Positions 7,584 through 17,278 of a stretch of 39,638 nucleotides of DNA are shown here, in pieces. The stretch is from Candidatus Saccharimonadales bacterium (GTDB taxonomy: Bacteria; Patescibacteriota; UBA1384; 2-12-FULL-50-11): assembly GCA_035510775.1 (NCBI GenBank), contig DATKGP010000008.1:1-39638 (forward strand), read 5' to 3'. The position numbers were made by a program, and so were the translations under genes. Position 1 is the first letter of the stretch; each line of letters starts with the position of its first letter. The notes under the pieces were generated by a model, which saw only the letters and a list, made by a program, of their open reading frames with translations, was not told where the DNA came from and did no database searches.

Positions 7584-8346
7584 CACGGCGGAAAATCGCC
7601 AGGCCGAGCAGTAGCAGGAAAGTGGTGTAGGCGACAAAATATAACAGCACGGCTAGAACCTGGGTGGCGCTGGGATGAAAGTTGTAGACGACCTCGTTAC
7701 GCAAGTTAAACTTCTCCAAATTCGGGAAGATGTAGTAGACAAACTCCAGCGGTGCCTTAATTACTAGCCGAGATTTTTGGGCGACCGACCAGACCGTCGA
7801 GCTGGAGTGGCCGATTAGAACCAGGCAGAAAGTGTAGATGGCGCTGGCAATTGGCGAGGTGAAGCTGCTAAACATCAGCCCAGCGGCAATTAGTAGCCAA
7901 GCCTCTAGGATAATAAACAGCACCGCCCAGAGAGCCGAGACGTTCAACCCATGAGTTTTAACGGCGATTAAAATTAGGAAAATCATTCCCATCATGATGG
8001 CGCTGATGGCCACTGTCAGAGCCAGGCCGAAGAATTTGCCCAGATAAAACGCCTCGCGGGAGACCGGTTTGGAAAGAGCCATATAAATAGTTTTCCGTTC
8101 GACCTCGCGCCAGACTAGCTGGGTGCCGATGAAAATTGTAATAATTAACAAAAATACCAACGTGGCTGTTAGGCCGAAGCTTTCGATAACCCGAACATCC
8201 TGGCCGAGCGAGACCGAACCGGCCAGAAGAGAGCCGGCGATAACCAACACGGCAAAGGCGATTAGCGAATAAAGCAGCTTGTCGCGGATGGTTTCGCGGG
8301 TGGTGTTGTAGGCAATGGCTCGGATTTTTTCGAACGTGGCTTTCAT
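7573..8346 (-). CDS. ABC-2 type transporter permease
   Basis: 257 aa with about 6 TM helices. The gene overlaps the upstream ATPase gene by 4 nt. Confidence 0.75.
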   Translation of the reverse strand: MKATFEKIRAIAYNTTRETIRDKLLYSLIAFAVLVIAGSLLAGSVSLGQDVRVIESFGLTATLVFLLIITIFIGTQLVWREVERKTIYMALSKPVSREAFYLGKFFGLALTVAISAIMMGMIFLILIAVKTHGLNVSALWAVLFIILEAWLLIAAGLMFSSFTSPIASAIYTFCLVLIGHSSSTVWSVAQKSRLVIKAPLEFVYYIFPNLEKFNLRNEVVYNFHPSATQVLAVLLYFVAYTTFLLLLGLAIFRRDEF

Positions 8347-9056
8347 TTAGTTCTCACTTTCTCTACAAAAACTTCTTCCAAGGTCTGCCCGGGTTTTTTA
8401 ACGAGATTTTTCGGCGAATCGATGGTCAGAATCTTGCCCTGATGGAGAATGGCCACCCGGTCGCACAGCTCTTCAACGTCGGCCAAAATGTGCGAGCTGA
8501 AGAAGACTGTCTTGCCTTGCTTTTTTAACCCCAGAATTAATTTCTTAAAATCTAGTCGGCCAATTGGGTCAAGGCCGTCGAGCGGCTCGTCCAGGATTAG
8601 AAGCTCGGGGTCGTTGACCAAAGCGACGGCAAAAGCCAGCCGCTGATGCATACCCTTGGAAAACTTCCTGGCCGGCAGATTTTTACTTTCGCCCAGGCCG
8701 ACTTGGTTGAGCAGACGATCAGCTTTGGCTTTGAGGGTAGTTTTTTCTAGACCAAAAAGCTCACCGGCAAATTCGACAACCTCGTAGGCTTTGAGGTGCT
8801 GATAAAATTGTGGCTGCTCCGGCATAAAGCCAATCATTTGTTTGGCAGCCATATCGGTGTGGTCGAACTTGCCAATTTTAATTTTTCCAGTGTCGGGAAA
8901 AAGCAAGTCGGCAATCATTTTGACAGTAGTAGTTTTGCCGGCGCCGTTAAGGCCTAAAAAACCGAAGACCTCGCCGGTATTAACTTTTAGGCTCAAGTTG
9001 TCGACAACCGGCTTGGGATCGACAAAACTTTTGGAGATATTTTTTAGCTCCAGCAT
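8343..9056 (-). CDS. ABC transporter ATP-binding protein
   Basis: Walker A GLNGAGKTT, signature-like FSKGMHQRLAFA, Walker B LLILDEPLDGLD and H-loop SSHIL. Confidence 0.92.
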   Translation of the reverse strand: MLELKNISKSFVDPKPVVDNLSLKVNTGEVFGFLGLNGAGKTTTVKMIADLLFPDTGKIKIGKFDHTDMAAKQMIGFMPEQPQFYQHLKAYEVVEFAGELFGLEKTTLKAKADRLLNQVGLGESKNLPARKFSKGMHQRLAFAVALVNDPELLILDEPLDGLDPIGRLDFKKLILGLKKQGKTVFFSSHILADVEELCDRVAILHQGKILTIDSPKNLVKKPGQTLEEVFVEKVRTK

Positions 9057-9086
9057 TACTAATGCAATTTAGGTTAAAATTGAGCA

Positions 9087-9974
9087 ATGAGCAAGCCTTG
9101 TTTAATTGCCGTAGTTGGGCCGACCGGCTCTGGTAAAACGACTGTCGGTCGGCAGCTAGCCGAAAAATTTGACGGAATTATTATCTCGGCCGACTCCAGG
9201 CAAGTTTACGCAGGTCTAGACGTTGGCACCAACAAGGAAGGTCGATCGGGTCAGTGGCATAACTTGCCGGCGCGATACATCGACGAAATTCCCCAGCTCC
9301 TAATCGACGTTGCCAGACCCGGCCAACGATTTACTCTGGCCAATTGGCTGGATTTGACCAAACAAGCGCTGGAAATAATTTATGCTCAAGACAAGCTGCC
9401 GATTATTGTCGGTGGGACTGGTCTGTACGTGACGGCTCTAGTTGAAAACTGGCAACCACCGGCCGATAACCCAAAGTTACGTCAGAAGCTAGAAGAACTG
9501 TCGCTGGAAGAGTTGGACAAATTGGCCGGAAACTTGCCGGTTAACGATTCCGATCGGCTGAATCGCCGAAGGCTAGTAAGAATTGTCGAGCGTGGCGGCC
9601 AAAGTCCGATTAAAATCGACCCGCCCTATCAGGCTTTGGTGTTGGAATTAACCAAAAGTCGTGACGAACTCTACCGCCGCGCCGAAACTCGCTACCAAGA
9701 CAACTGGCCGCTGCTACTAGAGGAAGTTCGTCATTTGATGAAACAGGGCGTTTCGGCCGACTGGCTCCATGATTTGGGTTTGGATTATCGAGTAGCCATG
9801 GATTTTTTGAACGGGACGTTAACTAAAGACGAGGCGATGGTTGCTTACGCCTCGACGGTTCATGCCTATATCCGCCGTCAACAAACCTGGTGGCGGCACC
9901 ACGGAAAAGTAATCCGCGTTGAAAATTTTGCTGACGCCGACGCAGAAACGACTAGATTTTTAACCGAAAGCTAA
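9087..9974 (+). CDS. miaA: tRNA dimethylallyltransferase
   Basis: Motifs VVGPTGSGKTT, ISADSRQVYAGLDVGTNK and IIVGGTGLYV. Confidence 0.92.
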   Translation: MSKPCLIAVVGPTGSGKTTVGRQLAEKFDGIIISADSRQVYAGLDVGTNKEGRSGQWHNLPARYIDEIPQLLIDVARPGQRFTLANWLDLTKQALEIIYAQDKLPIIVGGTGLYVTALVENWQPPADNPKLRQKLEELSLEELDKLAGNLPVNDSDRLNRRRLVRIVERGGQSPIKIDPPYQALVLELTKSRDELYRRAETRYQDNWPLLLEEVRHLMKQGVSADWLHDLGLDYRVAMDFLNGTLTKDEAMVAYASTVHAYIRRQQTWWRHHGKVIRVENFADADAETTRFLTES

Positions 9975-10079
9975 GCTAAAAACAAAAGACAAAAAACCAA
10001 AATGTCCTGATTTTGTCGTCGGGAGCTTTTCAATCGAGCTGGAATCGGGTAACAATGATATTAATGGAGGAGGGGAAAA

Positions 10080-10733
10080 GTGAAGTGTCCGTTATGTGAA
10101 GGCGACTTCGAGCCGCTTGATTTGCGAGCCGATGGACAGGGGTTTGTCCGAACCGACCGCTGTTCGCAATGTGGCGGCTGGTGGTTTCCCCGCGAGCTGC
10201 CAGATAGTCTGCATTACGCGGTGGTAAACAAGTACGAATCGCCGCAGCCCAGCTACTCTCTGAAAGCTTTTGACTTGCTTTGCCCGAGCGACCAGACCTT
10301 GCTTCAGCAGTCGGATTATCAGATCGCTCCCAACGGTGCTAGATTCTGGCAGTGTCCGGAATGCGACGGAACGTTTTTTCCCAAAGGCCAGCTGTCTTTG
10401 TATGCTCAATGGAAGGAAGAAAACCTTAGGCCGGTCAAACACGGCTCGGGCTACACGCAAATTCGGGCGGCCAGTACCGTCTCGCTGGCGTTAGTTTTGT
10501 TTGTGGCCATTTTGGCTTCAGTTAACCGAACCGGCCTATCGCTCTCGGCGGCTGAAACCCAGACCCTGCCGACGACCGGGCCGAACATTTTCACCCTGAT
10601 ATTGTTGAGCTTGACTTACCTAGCCGGAACGGTTTTGGCGGTTTTGAGCAGAAAACTACCGGTAATTATTATCGGCTGGCTGGTGATTGTTATCTGTCTG
10701 TTTGGTTTTGCGGTGATTGTCTTTGGACCCTAA
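10080..10733 (+). CDS. double zinc-ribbon membrane protein
   Basis: GTG start after GGAGGAGGGG. There are two CxxC...CxxC ribbons (CPLC..CSQCGGWWF and LCPSD..CPECDGTFF). Three C-terminal TM helices follow. Confidence 0.7.
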   Translation: MKCPLCEGDFEPLDLRADGQGFVRTDRCSQCGGWWFPRELPDSLHYAVVNKYESPQPSYSLKAFDLLCPSDQTLLQQSDYQIAPNGARFWQCPECDGTFFPKGQLSLYAQWKEENLRPVKHGSGYTQIRAASTVSLALVLFVAILASVNRTGLSLSAAETQTLPTTGPNIFTLILLSLTYLAGTVLAVLSRKLPVIIIGWLVIVICLFGFAVIVFGP

Positions 10734-10860
10734 CCATCGCCAGCGATGGAAACTCTAAGCTCTAAATCCGAAATTCTAAATATACGGAATTGCTTATGCA
10801 CTTAATTTTGGGATTCAGGGTTTCGTGCTTAGGATTTCCGAATTTCGGAGAAATTCGGTG

Positions 10861-12366
10861 ATGCCTCTAGCCAAACTTTTAAGCGCTTCGGTCGAAGGAG
10901 TCGAAGGTCGGTTGGTTGAAGTTGAGGTTGATGTCGCCAAAGGCCTGCCGGCCTTTTTGCTGGTTGGCCTGGCCGACAAGGCGGTTGACGAGTCGCGCGA
11001 ACGAGTCCGTTCGGCTTTGAAACACTGCGGTTTTCAGTTCCCCTTGTCGCGGATTACCGTCCATCTGGCTCCGTCAGAAGTCAAAAAAACCGGCGTCCAT
11101 TTCGATTTGGCGATTGCCTTGGGGATATTAATAGCCGATGACCAGCTTCAACTGGCTCAACCACTCGACGAAATCCTCTGGCTGGGCGGCCTAACTCTGG
11201 ACGGCCGTCTCCAAGCGATTCACGGCGCCCTAATTATGGTCGAGATGGCCAAAAAGCTGGGCTTGAAAAAAGTCATCCTGCCCAAGGCCAACTACCACGA
11301 AGCCAGCCTGATAAAAGGCATCGAATTGGTGCCGCTGGAGAATTTCAACCAAGTCATTGGATATTTACGCGGGGAGGAGAGCCCAGAATATCCGAAAAAC
11401 GATAAAATGACGGCTGCCGAGGCAGACGACTCTTGGCTACAGATTCGTGGCCAAGCCAAGGCCAAACGGGCGGCTATCATCGCTGCCAGTGGAAACCATA
11501 ATTTACTTCTCCAGGGTCCGCCTGGCGCCGGCAAAACTTTACTAGCCCGAGCCATTCGTTCGCTCCTGCCGCCTCTAGAGGGCGAAGAGCTCATCGAGGT
11601 TGTCAAATTGCAAAGTTTGGGCGACCAGCTCAAACCGCACCAGCCAGTCGATTCGATTACCCGGCCGTTTCGCAGCCCGCATCACACCGCCAGCGAGGCC
11701 TCGGTTATCGGCGGTGGCACCAATCCTCGACCCGGGGAGATTTCTTTGGCTCATCGGGGAGTCTTGTTTTTGGACGAACTGCCAGAATTTAGCCGGTCGG
11801 TCATCGAGTCGCTTCGTCAGCCTTTAGAGGAGGGAGTGGTTAATGTTTCGAGAGTCGCCCAGAGCGTCACCTACCCGGCCAAGTTTTTGTTAGTGGCGAC
11901 CATGAATCCCTGTCCGTGCGGCTGGCATGGCTCAACGCAACGAGAGTGTATTTGCAGCGCCCACCAAATTGACCAATACCAGAAGAAAATCAGCGGGCCG
12001 ATTTTGGATAGGATCGACTTGAACGTCACCGTGCCGGCGGTACCGCTCAAAGACTTAGAGTTGCCGGAGCAGGATCCGGCAGAGTTGCAAGAAACTCGCC
12101 ATCAGATTAAGGCTCTTCGTGCCCTACAGCTGAAACGCAACGGTCGAGTTTTGAACTCGGAGCTGGGCATCCGCCAGATTAAAAAACTTTGCCAACTCAA
12201 CGACGATAGTCGAGATCTGCTCGAGCAGGCCAGCCGGCAGTTCGTGATTAGCGCCCGAGGCTATCATAAGTTATTAAAAATCGCTCGGACAATCGCCGAT
12301 TTGAATAACCACGCCAACATCGAGACAGCCGATTTGGCCGAGGCGATTCAGTATCGTTTTTCATAA
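10861..12366 (+). CDS. comM: YifB/ComM family Mg-chelatase-like AAA+ ATPase
   Basis: The N-terminal Lon-protease-like domain starts at MPLAKLLSASVEGVEG. Walker A is LLQGPPGAGKT and Walker B is GVLFLDELPEF. The MNPCPCGW zinc motif is present. ATG 10861 is preferred over GTG 10825. Confidence 0.9.
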   Translation: MPLAKLLSASVEGVEGRLVEVEVDVAKGLPAFLLVGLADKAVDESRERVRSALKHCGFQFPLSRITVHLAPSEVKKTGVHFDLAIALGILIADDQLQLAQPLDEILWLGGLTLDGRLQAIHGALIMVEMAKKLGLKKVILPKANYHEASLIKGIELVPLENFNQVIGYLRGEESPEYPKNDKMTAAEADDSWLQIRGQAKAKRAAIIAASGNHNLLLQGPPGAGKTLLARAIRSLLPPLEGEELIEVVKLQSLGDQLKPHQPVDSITRPFRSPHHTASEASVIGGGTNPRPGEISLAHRGVLFLDELPEFSRSVIESLRQPLEEGVVNVSRVAQSVTYPAKFLLVATMNPCPCGWHGSTQRECICSAHQIDQYQKKISGPILDRIDLNVTVPAVPLKDLELPEQDPAELQETRHQIKALRALQLKRNGRVLNSELGIRQIKKLCQLNDDSRDLLEQASRQFVISARGYHKLLKIARTIADLNNHANIETADLAEAIQYRFS

Positions 12367-12422
12367 CCTGCCGGCGAAAGCCAGGAAGTTTTACGAAAGT
12401 TGGTTTGTTGTTATGATGAAAC

Positions 12423-13838
12423 TTGGAGGGGAAAATCAGTCAAGCTCGCGGTAAAAAAGGTTTTACTTTACTTCGCAGAAGAGGGTTTACCCTCATTGAG
12501 GTTTTAATCGACGCCTTCATTCTGACGGCGATTTTTGGGGTCCTGACCGGGACTTTTATTATCACCGTTCGGTCGGTTGGGGCCGGCAAAACCCGAGTCG
12601 CTGCCAGCGCGCTAGCCAATGAGCAGATGGAAAAACTCCGCAATATGTCCTACGACCAGTTGGCTACCCAACACGGCACCATCTTGCCACAGGGAACTAT
12701 TCCCGATACTCAAACCGTCACCCGGAGCGGCAACGGTTTTACTCTGACGACTACTGTTATCTACGTAGACGACCCCTTCGACGGCTGTGCCATTCCCGAT
12801 GGGATTAACACCTACCTTTGTACTGATGGCGGAACCTCCTCTACCCAAGATCCCATCCCGGTTGATTACAAACGTATTACGGTCGAGGTTCAACAGACTG
12901 GCAGTAGTATTACGCTTGCCCAGCTGACCAGTAATGCCGCCGCCAAGGCGGCCGAGACCGCCAGCAATACCGGAATGCTGCTGGTGGTTATCAACGACGC
13001 CCTAGGCAATCCGGTGGCCGACGCCCAGGTGGTCATTACCGATACTTCCACCGGAGTTAGTATTACCGCCACGACCAATTCTTTTGGGCAGGTCTTTATT
13101 GCCAACGTTCCGCCAGATTCTCATAACGGCTATCATATCGTCGCCACCAAACCAGGCTTTTCCAGCGATTTTACCACCCCCAGAACTCCTCAAAACCCCA
13201 ACCAATATCAACCGGATGTCAGCGTCAATGTTCAGCAGATTACCACCCAATTTTTGTCGATTGATAAGCTGGCCAACATGAACGTGACGGTGCTGAACGA
13301 AAGCGGCGTGCCAGTTGTCGGGGCAACGATTACCGCCACTAGCTCAAAAATTACTCAAATAAATCCGGAAACCCCGAAAAATGTCTATAACGTCGCTACC
13401 TCCGCCGCCGGCATCGCCAGCTTTACCAATATTGAGTGGGACGGCTACACCCTGACGATTAACGGCAGCTATACAGTGCTAGTGAGCGCGCCATATCAGC
13501 CGGTGACGGTTAATCCGAATACCACTCTGGAGGCGGCTTTAACAGTAAATAACCAAAGCGGCTGGCCGTACATAACCGATGTCAATCCAGATGCCGCGAT
13601 AACTAATACAACTGTCACAATCACTATTAACGGCGATAATTTTGATAGTGATACCACGGTCTATCTCCAGCAAGATGGCTTTCCAAACGTCACGCCAGTC
13701 TCCGTTAACCCCAAAGCGAATAAAAAATCTGTTGACGTCCAGTTAAATTTAACCGGCGTCGCACCCGGCAGCTGGGACATTGTTGTCACTACCAGCGGTC
13801 ATACAATTACCCAAACGGATGGGCTGACAATCTCATGA
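12423..13838 (+). CDS. large type IV pseudopilin with beta-sandwich adhesin-like domains
   Basis: The prepilin motif is G/FTLIEVLI, with E at position +5. It is preceded by a near-duplicate GFTLL. Two CarboxypepD_reg-like segments are present (LLVVINDALGNPVADAQVVITD...GYHIVATKPGF and NVTVLNESGVPVVGATITA). The C-terminus is IPT/TIG-like (VTITINGDNFDSDTTVYL). The TTG start is uncertain. Confidence 0.8.
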   Translation: MEGKISQARGKKGFTLLRRRGFTLIEVLIDAFILTAIFGVLTGTFIITVRSVGAGKTRVAASALANEQMEKLRNMSYDQLATQHGTILPQGTIPDTQTVTRSGNGFTLTTTVIYVDDPFDGCAIPDGINTYLCTDGGTSSTQDPIPVDYKRITVEVQQTGSSITLAQLTSNAAAKAAETASNTGMLLVVINDALGNPVADAQVVITDTSTGVSITATTNSFGQVFIANVPPDSHNGYHIVATKPGFSSDFTTPRTPQNPNQYQPDVSVNVQQITTQFLSIDKLANMNVTVLNESGVPVVGATITATSSKITQINPETPKNVYNVATSAAGIASFTNIEWDGYTLTINGSYTVLVSAPYQPVTVNPNTTLEAALTVNNQSGWPYITDVNPDAAITNTTVTITINGDNFDSDTTVYLQQDGFPNVTPVSVNPKANKKSVDVQLNLTGVAPGSWDIVVTTSGHTITQTDGLTIS

Positions 13839-14419
13839 AAAAGAGCGGCGGTTTCACCCTAATTGAAATAATTGTGACGATGGCGCTGATGAGCATCATC
13901 GGCGGGGTGGCCGTCGGTACTATTATCACCTCGATGCGCAACAATCAGAAAGTCGAGGCCCAGTCGTTGGTTCACCGCGACTTAAGCAACGCCCTCGACA
14001 AATTTGATCGGGTGATTCGCAGTACCACCGTGATTTTGGAAGCCACCCAGACGACCCTGAAAATTCGAGGGTACCCGACTGCTGCCGATACCGTTCCCAG
14101 TCAAATATATTTCTTCATCACCGCTGGTGGAGCGTTACATTATACTATCATTCCTCCAACTGGCACTGCCCCAAATTATACCTACAACCAGAACAACGCC
14201 AAGGAGTACACCTTAATGGCGAAGGTTACCAACAGTAATGCCGCGCCGCTTTTTGGTTACTTTAACAGTAGCAATCAGCTTCTAACCTACCCGGTAACTT
14301 TGGCCTCAATACAAGCCGTCCAGGTGAGTATTCAAGCCCTTGACGGAGCTAACCTATTGACCACGCCGATTGTCGCCTCGACTATAATAGATATGAGGAA
14401 CTTCAAAACGAACCTGTGA
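13835..14419 (+). CDS. type IV pseudopilin (minor pilin)
   Basis: MKKSGG/FTLIEIIVTMALMSIIGG is a classical prepilin cleavage/methylation motif. The gene overlaps the upstream gene by 4 nt. Confidence 0.8.
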   Translation: MKKSGGFTLIEIIVTMALMSIIGGVAVGTIITSMRNNQKVEAQSLVHRDLSNALDKFDRVIRSTTVILEATQTTLKIRGYPTAADTVPSQIYFFITAGGALHYTIIPPTGTAPNYTYNQNNAKEYTLMAKVTNSNAAPLFGYFNSSNQLLTYPVTLASIQAVQVSIQALDGANLLTTPIVASTIIDMRNFKTNL

Positions 14420-14423
14420 ACTT

Positions 14424-15830
14424 ATGAAAAAAGCTTTTTACCTACCGCTACTACTAACTTTTATGGCGATTATTATGATTGTCACCGGTTCTATTCTGTC
14501 TTTGGCCTATCGCAACTACGAAATCGTCAGGCACCAAACCGTCTCAAATTCGGCTTTGAATATCGCCGAGGCTGGCGCCAACTACTATCTCTGGCACTTG
14601 GCTCATAACAACCAAGATTACTGCGACGGTAATACCTGTCCGACACCGGCTCCGACCCAGTACGGTCCGTACACTCACATCTACCGTGACGACTCTGGTA
14701 ATATTATCGGCTCTTACTCAATCACCATTACGCCGCCAGCAACCACTGGTGGGTCGGTGACGGTTCGCTCGGTCGGTACCGCAACCAACGGTCAGACGCG
14801 GACAGTTCTAACCTCGCTAGGCGTGCCATCCTTTGCCCAATACGCTTTTATTAGTAACTCGGAAAGTTGGTTCGGCGACACTGAAACGACTGTCGGGCCG
14901 GTTCACTCCAACGCCGGTATCCACTACGACGGCACCGCCCAGGGCGTCGTTTCCTCGGCGGTCAGTACTTATGTACCCTCGACTTGTATGGGTGGAGATG
15001 GCCACACTACCGAGAATGGTATTTGGGGCTCGGGCGGGCCGCAGAGCTATTGGAATTTTCCAGTTCCCCAGGTGGATTTCAACCAAATCACCGCCGATTT
15101 TAATACCCTCCAGACCCAAGCCCAGAGTAATGGTATCTTCCTCCCAACTCTACTGGATTCTCACGGGCACCGGACTTACGACGGCTACGCGATTCAGTTG
15201 AATGCCAACGGGACTTTCACGCTTGGCCGAGTGACGGCCGGGCAAGATAACGGCTCTATTAACAACGGCTGTGGGGCTCACTCGCGACACAACTCCCTGA
15301 TGCAGTCGGTGGCGTGGGAAGGAACCAGCCGAGCCTTGCCGGCTAATGGAATTCTCTTCGTGGCCGATAACGCCTGGGTTTGGGGAACGGTTACCTCGCG
15401 CCTGACGATTGCCTCAGGCCGTCTGCCGGATAACTCTTCGACCCGAACTAATATCTATCTGCAGAACGACATCAACTACACCGCCATGGACGGGTCGGTT
15501 GCTCTGGGGCTAATGAGCCAATCCGACATCGTCGTCAACTCCAACTCGGAAGATAACTTGACTATTGACGCCTTTCTACTGTCACAGTACGGAAAAATCT
15601 TCCGACCGTACTACTCTGGCAATGTTAAGTCGAACATCACCATTTATGGAGGCATCGCCGCCAATAGCTGGTGGACCTGGAGTTGGGTTAATGGTAGCAA
15701 CGTCGTGATTTCTGGTTATCGAAATACTTCCCAGCAATATGATACTCACTTGGCTTTGAGCCCACCGCCCAGTTTTCCTAAAACCGGCTCGTATGCGATC
15801 CTATCTTGGAAAGAAGAACCGATTCTGTAG
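14424..15830 (+). CDS. PilX-N-like pilus-associated protein
   Basis: An N-terminal TM helix is followed by SNSALNIAEAGANYYL, which resembles the PilX N-terminal motif. The C-terminal region is large and G/S/T/N-rich. It is the third gene of the pilin operon. Confidence 0.6.
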   Translation: MKKAFYLPLLLTFMAIIMIVTGSILSLAYRNYEIVRHQTVSNSALNIAEAGANYYLWHLAHNNQDYCDGNTCPTPAPTQYGPYTHIYRDDSGNIIGSYSITITPPATTGGSVTVRSVGTATNGQTRTVLTSLGVPSFAQYAFISNSESWFGDTETTVGPVHSNAGIHYDGTAQGVVSSAVSTYVPSTCMGGDGHTTENGIWGSGGPQSYWNFPVPQVDFNQITADFNTLQTQAQSNGIFLPTLLDSHGHRTYDGYAIQLNANGTFTLGRVTAGQDNGSINNGCGAHSRHNSLMQSVAWEGTSRALPANGILFVADNAWVWGTVTSRLTIASGRLPDNSSTRTNIYLQNDINYTAMDGSVALGLMSQSDIVVNSNSEDNLTIDAFLLSQYGKIFRPYYSGNVKSNITIYGGIAANSWWTWSWVNGSNVVISGYRNTSQQYDTHLALSPPPSFPKTGSYAILSWKEEPIL

Positions 15831-15833
15831 TGG

Positions 15834-16157
15834 CTAGAAGGTGCGGTAGAGCCAATTCCCAAAACTGGTGAAGTGGGCGGTTTTTTTGTCGACGATAATC
15901 GTCCCGGTCATTAAGACGGCAATGATAAAAACGCTAACGAGGGTGCGAATGATTTCTTTGGAGTGGTGGCTTGGAATGCTAGCGGCCGGTTCGACTTCGG
16001 CCTCTATTGAGATGTGTGGAGTTGGACTTGTTGGAGCAGGGCGGAAAGACGGCAGAATAGCCGGCTTGGTGACGGCGGTTGGGTGTGAGGAAATTTCTTG
16101 AAGGGCTCGTTTTTTCTCGAGTAATTTCTGTAAATTTTTCTTGTTTTTCTTGCTCAT
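15834..16157 (-). CDS. hypothetical C-terminally anchored membrane protein
   Basis: 107 aa with a basic N-terminus, a P/S/T-rich linker and one TM helix (LVSVFIIAVLMTGTII). It converges on the pilin operon. Confidence 0.45.
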   Translation of the reverse strand: MSKKNKKNLQKLLEKKRALQEISSHPTAVTKPAILPSFRPAPTSPTPHISIEAEVEPAASIPSHHSKEIIRTLVSVFIIAVLMTGTIIVDKKTAHFTSFGNWLYRTF

Positions 16158-16372
16158 GAGCGCATCTTAGCCAAGTTTTATGCTTTACACAACCAAGTAG
16201 GTTTGAGAAAATGTGAGACGTCCGATCCTAGCGGGGGTGACTGGTACTTCTGGCGGCGTTCATCGCCAGTCCCCCCGCGCCAGTACCTTTACGTGCAGTA
16301 ATGTTGCCGAATGCGGTAGGTCGTCAAGCACAGTAGTGTGCTTGACTCGCTCCCGCTCGGCGTTTCACGCCT

Positions 16373-16409
16373 CGCGGTAGTAGTTCAGTTGATGAGCCCG
16401 GTTGAGTTC
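16373..16409 (+). pseudogene. decayed tRNA-Gly copy (5' half plus T-arm remnant)
   Basis: cgcggtagtagttcagttg (16373-16391) matches 16542-16560 at 19 of 19 positions. cccggttgagttc (16397-16409) resembles the T-arm gccggttcgagtcc. The anticodon arm is missing. Confidence 0.6.
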
Positions 16410-16542
16410 TCGCAGTGCGAGAACAAAAACCGAGCGAACGGAAGCCGCTGTTCGCGCTAAAATGAAAAAAGCGCGAAGCAAGCGGCGCGCGTAGAACCTA
16501 ATGTCGAAGGTGGAGGCCAAACGGTAAGATAAAACGCGGTAC

Positions 16543-16615
<73 letters not shown>

Positions 16616-16625
16616 CAAAAAAGGA

Positions 16626-16652
16626 AAAGTCGGCTCCGTTGGAGCCGACTTT
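16626..16652. terminator. bidirectional intrinsic terminator (tRNA-Gly and the convergent orphan gene)
   Basis: The stem is 12 bp, AAAGTCGGCTCC-gtt-GGAGCCGACTTT. A-runs lie upstream and TTGGGTTT lies downstream, so each strand reads a hairpin followed by a T-run. Confidence 0.75.
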
Positions 16653-16660
16653 GGGTTTCG

Positions 16661-17146
16661 TCACAGGTGTAACTGATATTGCGTCTGCTCACATAGCTGG
16701 CGACATCTTTCGTAGGCAAGAAGCATGTTCTGATGCTTGTCTCGAAGCTCTGTCAGATTCGGTTTGTCGCGACGCTGGTCGGCTAGCGATCTCGCCTTGA
16801 GCCGCTCGTTATGGGCGTCTCGAAAATCGAGAAACGCGAGAAGCAGCTTGGGGCAGTCGTCCTCGGGCTGCAGGGCTTTCAACCAATCGAGTGCAACGTC
16901 GACGTTTTGGCAAAAGGTTTGCAACCATGTATGCTTGCATATCGCGACATCAGCGACCCTCCGGCCATCGAATTTTACCTCGATAGCTTCGTGATTACGC
17001 CTCTGTTTCTCGAAGTGCAGGTAGAGGATTTCACCTCTGTCGTTGCTGGCCGCGTGAAGAATTACTCCCTCTCGGTCAACTACTAATCTGTTAAGACTGT
17101 CCATCGCCCAAATGGCGGGTCGTGTGGCAAGCGGAGACGGACTCAT
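16661..17146 (-). CDS. orphan hypothetical protein
   Basis: 161 aa from ATG 17146, with AAGGAGG 4 nt upstream. The longer TTG 17185 start is not preferred. No recognisable motifs. The gene is bracketed by tRNA-Gly and tRNA-Cys. Confidence 0.55.
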   Translation of the reverse strand: MSPSPLATRPAIWAMDSLNRLVVDREGVILHAASNDRGEILYLHFEKQRRNHEAIEVKFDGRRVADVAICKHTWLQTFCQNVDVALDWLKALQPEDDCPKLLLAFLDFRDAHNERLKARSLADQRRDKPNLTELRDKHQNMLLAYERCRQLCEQTQYQLHL

Positions 17147-17250
17147 TTTTCCTCCTTGAGGTATGTCCGTTAGGTAAAAACCCAACAGTTGTTCTCTATA
17201 TTACAAGAAATTATCTAAAATGTCCAGAGCCAAATACCTAACATAAGCAT

Positions 17251-17278
17251 TTCAAAATCAGTTTTTACAGGTTACAAT
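17251..17278 (+). promoter_or_regulatory. sigma70-like promoter upstream of tRNA-Cys
   Basis: TTCAAA (17251-17256), a 16-nt spacer and TACAAT (17273-17278). The tRNA starts 10 nt downstream. Confidence 0.4.

Noticed and set aside
10734-10860. Hairpin CCATCG-ccag-CGATGG and the near-palindrome TCCGAATTTCGGA upstream of comM as a terminator or operator
   Set aside because: The hairpin is short and lacks a T-tract. The palindrome is imperfect, and I could find no second copy in the window. The evidence is too weak to call.
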